49,962 nucleotides of DNA from Patescibacteria group bacterium (GTDB taxonomy: Bacteria; Patescibacteriota; JACPGU01). Below, piece by piece: positions 45,901 to 49,962 of this stretch (position 1 is its first letter; every line of letters starts with the position of its first letter). The position numbers were made by a program, and so were the translations under genes. The stretch lies in assembly GCA_041675145.1 (NCBI GenBank), contig JBAYUK010000001.1, forward strand, positions 378,283 to 428,244, in the 5' to 3' direction. Below the pieces are notes generated by a model. The model ran no database searches. It was not told the DNA's origin and saw only the letters and a program-made list of their open reading frames with translations.

Positions 45901-46221
45901 GTAGAGCCACGACTCATTTAGCCACCCAGACCGTACGGATAGCGAAATCTCACCGGCCACCGTATCCTTAATGCTTGTTGCAGCACTGTACTGGGTAGCA
46001 GTTGAAGCCCCTACTCCACCCGACCAGTCAGTCTGGTTCCAAGGAGAACTAGCCGCTCGTGCTGAGTAGATAAAATTGAGCGCGTAGGTTCCTGACAAGA
46101 ACACAAAAAGGACATACCCGATAAGGACAATAAGGGCGAGGCGCAGCAGAGAGCGTTTTTTGGTAGGCTTGTACCCTGGCAACATGAAATCTCCAGGGCT
46201 GTATTGGTATGTGTGTGGCAT
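42979..46221 (-). CDS. Large surface protein with DUF2341, LamG/concanavalin-like and FN3-like domains
   Basis: N-terminal TM; WLYRQKITFDN...DFPVMVKL...DLRFTDSDG...VWVKVP...YMYYGN (DUF2341); FNMNGIIDEFRISD (LamG); repeated YYWRVRYQD...WSSYS. Start at 46221 or 46248. Confidence 0.85.
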   Translation of the reverse strand: MPHTYQYSPGDFMLPGYKPTKKRSLLRLALIVLIGYVLFVFLSGTYALNFIYSARAASSPWNQTDWSGGVGASTATQYSAATSIKDTVAGEISLSVRSGWLNESWLYRQKITFDNSAQAENLVDFPVMVKLVAGSNIDYAKLQSAGQDLRFTDSDGTTLLSYQIEMWDTVGGTSTVWVKVPQIDASSATDNIYMYYGNAVATDAQNVNGTWNSSYKMVMHLGETSGTAISDSTSSALNGVKLGSTTPSPITGQFDGAQNFNGSPDRIDITDGFTNTVALDNTHTIDVWVKPTAAAFTAQGVVWDSTHSGDSFLGEFASATGWYWSTRLYNSMSFTAGTWYHIVAVKNGTGDTGNLYVNGVLQTSWTGSLGNTIATAANLRLGAYKTGAFNMNGIIDEFRISDSAYSSALVAAEYKSGLNTFNTFGAEEVRYTSGTLTSNIFDSNLLGSFWGTLTYATTLAPQTTVKVRTSNSATMSGAPAFSTCAVVASGTDLTGASCAVDADRYIQYEVGLSSTTAAISPVFSDISIAFTVANAPPVTPTNTTPSSAAVNQILNPVLVTSAFSDTDLGDTHTDTQWQLDDANTFTTPEWTRTAGAAEVTTTVNAGNGTFAGSLAGQTSLAHSTVYYWRVRYQDNNGNWSSYSTPTTFTTNAIATPTVISPLNASTISTATPTLIASAFSDPTAGHTHQASQWLVDSDISFATPVLDTGTTAGPETSHIVPAATLTNHNQYYWKVRYQDNFGNWSSYSTPSSFEVDTSVAASLTQAVGWNQVYSIGDTARFTIQTLARDNANVFQPLTADTTPIYRLRFWDGATWQELVANATMTLLAATATYEATYAIPSDAAWIGRRVSVIFQTSINGMPSVLSREIQIVGSPAQVLITSMASTAVPNIAANVVITNEGTAAFEYLYEYCVVTVSTNVCGGGDDTAYASAAKLIQPSANFITTLGLSVPTAGNYFFKVTVWWSNQSSTAQLGFTATVSTVVTGSSGGSSGSGTTGTAVTPTIPATPLPDSVVGTGFIADILRSNAEMVARVFGLEEKIRTIDDRVTQLEQTRVVAPVYQYVAPQITPSPTRLFPIRWE

Positions 46222-46249
46222 GTTACTAACAGTGTACCTAAAATACAAT

Positions 46250-46277
46250 AAAAAAACACCGAGAAAGTCTTTCGGTG
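46250..46277 (-). terminator. Intrinsic terminator after the hic cluster
   Basis: CACCGA...TCGGTG followed by a U tract on the minus strand. Confidence 0.6.
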
Positions 46278-46282
46278 ATTAC

Positions 46283-46519
46283 TTACGATTCTTTAGTGTA
46301 GAAAAAGTCCTTTAGTTCATCGGCACGCTCCGGAACGTATAGACAAGCTCCTTTATATATTCCATGGAGAGTTCCTTTTGAAACAGAACCATCATTCGGA
46401 ACTATAATAGGCCTGACAAAATATGGGCTTTCTATGACCACCTTAATATGGCTACCAGCCTGCGATTTAACCTCAAACCCAAAGCTGACCAATATCTTAA
46501 TAACTTGTAGCCCCGACAA
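46283..46519 (-). CDS. hicA: HicA-family toxin
   Basis: SGLQVIKIL..FGFEVKSQAGSHIK...IIVPND...KGTLHGI. The frame extends upstream as IRKLRN before the TTG, so the start is uncertain. Confidence 0.75.
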   Translation of the reverse strand: MSGLQVIKILVSFGFEVKSQAGSHIKVVIESPYFVRPIIVPNDGSVSKGTLHGIYKGACLYVPERADELKDFFYTKES

Positions 46520-46811
46520 GTTCCTGAGTTTTCGTATGTGTATCTGTTTTTATCTTTGGTGTTTGTCTTTTGTTCTTTACTCTGAAGTTTTCCTGCATTG
46601 AGTCAAAAGGCATAGAAATAGTAACTGAAGGGCTTCGAGTAAAACCAAGTTTTTCGAGGTCCTCGCCGTCTACATACAAAGCAGTTGCTTCAAGAACTCT
46701 ACTGATAGCCTCAGTAAGATCCTTTCCTTGTGTAAAAATAGGATGGTTTGTGCTGCAAGCCGAGAACCACTTGCCATCCTTTTTTATTTCAAAGTGTATT
46801 ACATTTTTCAT
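46497..46811 (-). CDS. hicB: HicB-like antitoxin (short type)
   Basis: IFTQGKDLTEAISRVLEATALY motif; overlaps the downstream hicA. Confidence 0.75.
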   Translation of the reverse strand: MKNVIHFEIKKDGKWFSACSTNHPIFTQGKDLTEAISRVLEATALYVDGEDLEKLGFTRSPSVTISMPFDSMQENFRVKNKRQTPKIKTDTHTKTQELVGATSY

Positions 46812-46888
46812 ATACACATACCATAACCTAGCAACAACCTATTTGTAAATCTCACTGTATTAACTTGATCACGTAAGACCCTCCGTCA

Positions 46889-47143
46889 CTATCTCATAGC
46901 ACTCACTATAGATACATACATATTCTTACCTATTTTGACTATAGCTTGCTCAGGAACAACATCACCATCTTTGACAAGAACCTGTAGATACCCCTCTACC
47001 ATATCCTGAGCCATGTACTGTGCATCCTCAAGAGTATCCCCTTGGGTCACAATACCATTTAGAGCCGGAACTTCAGCAGAATACCCGCCATACGGCTCTT
47101 TCTCGTAAACTACAATATACGAACGAATTACTTGTTTTTTCAT
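46889..47143 (-). CDS. hicB: HicB-family antitoxin, unpaired
   Basis: YEKEPYGGYSAEVPALNGIVTQGDTLEDAQYMAQD motif. Has its own TTGATT-16-TATAAT promoter 6 nt before ATG 47143. Confidence 0.88.
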   Translation of the reverse strand: MKKQVIRSYIVVYEKEPYGGYSAEVPALNGIVTQGDTLEDAQYMAQDMVEGYLQVLVKDGDVVPEQAIVKIGKNMYVSIVSAMR

Positions 47144-47299
47144 ATCTTCATTATACGAGACGACAAAAGACAATCAAGTCGAATACCTATTACGGTACAC
47201 TTGACAACAGATCAATAATATGATACTCTGTAGGTATCAAACCGAAGAAGGGTTTGTGCCCTTTTATAACCTGCGATGTAGCGCGATGAGAGCGATAGA

Positions 47300-47518
47300 T
47301 TACGAGGAAAAGAAGTCATCTCTTTTGATGCCGGCTTCAAAGGCAATATCGATAAGAATAGGTCTCTTAATATCCCTTCCTCCATGGAACGGTACAACAA
47401 CGGTCTTTCTTGTAATGGGGTTATACATAATGTAGTGCGAACCTGTTACCCTATTCACAATAAAACCGACTTTCTCAAGTCGATTGATAACCTCCTTTGC
47501 TTTCATGACCTTCTTCAT
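47300..47518 (-). CDS. hicA: HicA-family toxin
   Basis: KAKEVINRLEKVGFIVNRVTGSHYIM...VVVPFH. ATG 47518 lies directly after the hicB stop. Confidence 0.9.
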   Translation of the reverse strand: MKKVMKAKEVINRLEKVGFIVNRVTGSHYIMYNPITRKTVVVPFHGGRDIKRPILIDIAFEAGIKRDDFFSS

Positions 47519-47519
47519 A

Positions 47520-47765
47520 CTATACCGGTACCGCAACTTGTACTGTTTCCATCAAAACAGGAGATAGTTCAAGAGGAACAACTTCACCATTATCAATAAG
47601 ACAGGCAATATAGCCTTCAATTGCATCCTTAGCCATAAAGATTGCTTCCTGTTCTGTCTCACCTTGAGTGGCGATATTCAAGGTAGGAATACGCACCACA
47701 TAGCCGCCACCTTCGTCTGGCTCAAGAATAATGGTATAGTTTAGTGTTTTGAATTTCTTCTCCAT
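47520..47765 (-). CDS. hicB: HicB-family antitoxin (short type)
   Basis: LEPDEGGGYVVRIPTLNIATQGETEQEAIFMAKDAI motif. ATG 47765. Confidence 0.9.
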   Translation of the reverse strand: MEKKFKTLNYTIILEPDEGGGYVVRIPTLNIATQGETEQEAIFMAKDAIEGYIACLIDNGEVVPLELSPVLMETVQVAVPV

Positions 47766-48057
47766 ATATTCATATAGTATACCACAATAGAGATAAGTCA
47801 ATAATTCTCACCGCGCTACATCAAAAAAACGAAAGGAAGGAGAACCACGATGTGATAGCCATATTACATCTCGGCTCTGCGTGGAAGATTCTACGCAACC
47901 GCCACGGTCCTCCTTCAATACGAGGACCGAATCATGACCTGGGATAACCCAGACATCCACAAGTAAGATACCTATACCTTAAAAGGTAATGAGTATCTCC
48001 TAGTGGAAACTTCCATACTCTGCAAAAGCAGGACGGCTTTCCTGAGGAGGAAATACC

Positions 48058-49962
48058 ATGAAACGCTCTCTGAAAAACCCGCTCCTTACTGGAGCACTGG
48101 GCCTTAGCCTCGCAACCCTTATTGGGTGCGGTGGCGGAGGAACCAGCCCCACTGGGAATCCAGCAGTGGTCACCCCTGCGCCTGTTCCCAGCGGAACAGC
48201 ACAAACCACAGACCCTCAAGGGAACGTGGTCACTGAGCAGACTGTTGGAAGCAGAAACACCAGTTCGTTCTGCGCCACGGGGACTCAAATCTCAGTGGAG
48301 ATTGCAGCGATCGGGTTTGAAGGAACTGAACCAGCCGTCAATGGCTGCGCGACTTTCCAAATTCCTGCTGTTCTACTCAACACTCCCCGTGAAGCTTCTG
48401 AAGTCGGCTTTTTTGCCGGCCTCTGGGATCGCGTCACAGGACGCAGCGCAGCTGCAGCAGGACTGACCGCAACAGTCAAAGGCAAGGACGACTCTGGAGC
48501 AATTGTTGAGACCAAGACGGTCGAACTCCCTCCAACAAAAGCTCCAGAAAAGGTTGCCAACAACCAGGATCCAAAAATCCTGAGCTTTACCAGCAACCAG
48601 AGCAAGATTGAGCTGTCTGGCCCCGCCATGACGGCTACGGTCAAGCTCACCTGGAGCGCCAATGACCCCGACGGGACGCTAAAAGAATACAGCGTTTCCG
48701 ACGGGCAAGGCAACACAGTGGTCACAACTGGCGACACACTGGATGTCACCTTCACCAGCACAGGCAAGAAGAAACTCTTCTTAACTGCGCTGGACACTCA
48801 AGGAGGGTACGACACCCAGGCGCTGACCATCGAGGTCACCAACGCTCCTGAAGCAGGTCCTGCAAAAGGGTCTATTACGACCACCAAGAACCGATTCAAG
48901 TCCGGCGAGGTGATTCAGTTGTCACTGAAAAGAGACCGGAAGACAAACCGATTCCGCTTCAAAAACAGTGGCAACCTGGCTGCAGACGGCTTACCCAACA
49001 CCAATGATGACGGCAGCGTCTTCATATCTGGGATAAACCTGGGATCCGACCTATATGCCGTGAAGTACCCCATTGGCCTTATCCCTGAGACCAGCACTGG
49101 CCTGCAAGGAGAAGCTTTGGAAAAAGAAGTCTTCATTGTGGGTCAATGCCCAGTGCCACAAATCACCCAGCTCCCTGCCCAAGTCACGACCGCAACGGTC
49201 AAACTTACGGGACGAGTCTGGGATGACTGCGAACTGGTGATCAAGAAGAATGGGATCATCATTTCCTCAGGCGCTGTTCGCAACGCCTCGGCTCTTGCCG
49301 ATCCCACTACCGCTGACTACACGGATCTCTCTGTGTCAGTCGCACTTGACCCAGGTCAAAACTCCTTCTCTATTGCTTCAAGCAACGAGAACGGAACAAC
49401 CACGCCAGTGGAGACTTCAACCTCCTACTTCGTGGAAGGTGGCGGCACAGCCGTTGTTCCTTCCTCGAGTATCGAGATCAACACCCCTAAGAATGAAAAC
49501 TTAGGGATTCCGTTCACTGACAAGATGAGTGGCTCGGTCACCATTGGCGTAGCCATTGGCCCTGATTGCCATGACTTGAGTGGTTTTCTGATTGACCAAA
49601 CCACAGGAGGTGGAGCAACAGGATCGATCGGATTTGCCAATATGGGTTCCTGCTTCGGCGGAACCGTCAGTATCCCGACCGGACTAACCCCTGGCCACAC
49701 CTACGCCGTGGTCGTTGTTGCAAACAGCACCACTGGTAGTCAGACGACAACAGGGACAAGCTTCACTGTGGAGAGTGCGGCGAAAAGTGATCCGGACAAT
49801 AAAGTCCAAGTCGACAACGGCTACCCTTCCTCCAACTCAACCCTCACCATCACTCTTCCTGCTATCACAGATGGATCCTGCGCCAGCGCTTTGCCTCTGT
49901 ACTCCAGCGATGGAGACAACAAAGACACCAATGGTTGCGATGAAACTGTGATTACAAAGAAA
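48058..49962 (+). CDS. Lipoprotein with PKD/Ig-like domains (3'-truncated by window; not in ORF track)
   Basis: Translated by hand: frame 1 is open for 635 codons to the window end. GAGGAGG SD; MKRSLKNPLLTGALGLSLATLIG-C-GGGG lipobox; TWSANDPDGTLKEY...LTALDTQGG is PKD-like. Confidence 0.85.
   Translation, partial: MKRSLKNPLLTGALGLSLATLIGCGGGGTSPTGNPAVVTPAPVPSGTAQTTDPQGNVVTEQTVGSRNTSSFCATGTQISVEIAAIGFEGTEPAVNGCATFQIPAVLLNTPREASEVGFFAGLWDRVTGRSAAAAGLTATVKGKDDSGAIVETKTVELPPTKAPEKVANNQDPKILSFTSNQSKIELSGPAMTATVKLTWSANDPDGTLKEYSVSDGQGNTVVTTGDTLDVTFTSTGKKKLFLTALDTQGGYDTQALTIEVTNAPEAGPAKGSITTTKNRFKSGEVIQLSLKRDRKTNRFRFKNSGNLAADGLPNTNDDGSVFISGINLGSDLYAVKYPIGLIPETSTGLQGEALEKEVFIVGQCPVPQITQLPAQVTTATVKLTGRVWDDCELVIKKNGIIISSGAVRNASALADPTTADYTDLSVSVALDPGQNSFSIASSNENGTTTPVETSTSYFVEGGGTAVVPSSSIEINTPKNENLGIPFTDKMSGSVTIGVAIGPDCHDLSGFLIDQTTGGGATGSIGFANMGSCFGGTVSIPTGLTPGHTYAVVVVANSTTGSQTTTGTSFTVESAAKSDPDNKVQVDNGYPSSNSTLTITLPAITDGSCASALPLYSSDGDNKDTNGCDETVITKK

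Noticed and set aside
47201-47435. Plus-strand TTGACA and a 71-aa ORF antisense to hicA
   Set aside because: No -10 box at proper spacing and no recognisable product. An antisense RNA cannot be excluded but is unsupported.
1-49962. CRISPR array or cas genes
   Set aside because: No regularly spaced direct repeats with unique spacers were seen in any intergenic region, and no Cas motifs.
1-49962. Alternative genetic code (UGA=Gly/Trp)
   Set aside because: Conserved genes are full-length under code 11, and several end cleanly in TGA at the expected C-termini (e.g. hicA before murD, sufS).

Overview
Ordinary chromosomal segment of a small-genome bacterium, most likely Patescibacteria/CPR. This is inferred from gene content: SD-less housekeeping genes, a short non-discriminating-type AspRS, scattered orphan metabolic genes and very large secreted proteins. 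Genetic code is standard (TGA terminates several intact genes). Core genes: trhO, bcp, a pduO-type adenosyltransferase, rplY, a sufC-B-D-Rieske-S-(IGPS-like)-U operon, smpB, murD, aspS with a clear T-box riboswitch (GAC specifier), purD, and tmRNA (30265-30617, minus strand). Accessory parts: (i) the tail of a radical SAM/SPASM operon with an RRE-like domain, a YkgJ-type Cys-cluster protein and a 50-aa candidate precursor peptide; (ii) a convergent pair of a stand-alone RelA/SpoT-type synthetase with deviant motifs and a stand-alone HD hydrolase; (iii) seven HicA/HicB genes in two places, one module translationally coupled to murD; (iv) a 13.4-kb co-oriented surface-protein locus including a 2546-aa fibre with a C-terminal peptidase-S74 chaperone; (v) a lipoprotein ORF from 48058 that runs off the window and is absent from the ORF track. 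Several genes appear leaderless (sigma70 -10 box 6-9 nt before ATG). No CRISPR array, integrase, transposase or reverse transcriptase was seen. All family assignments come from motif recognition by eye, not database searches.
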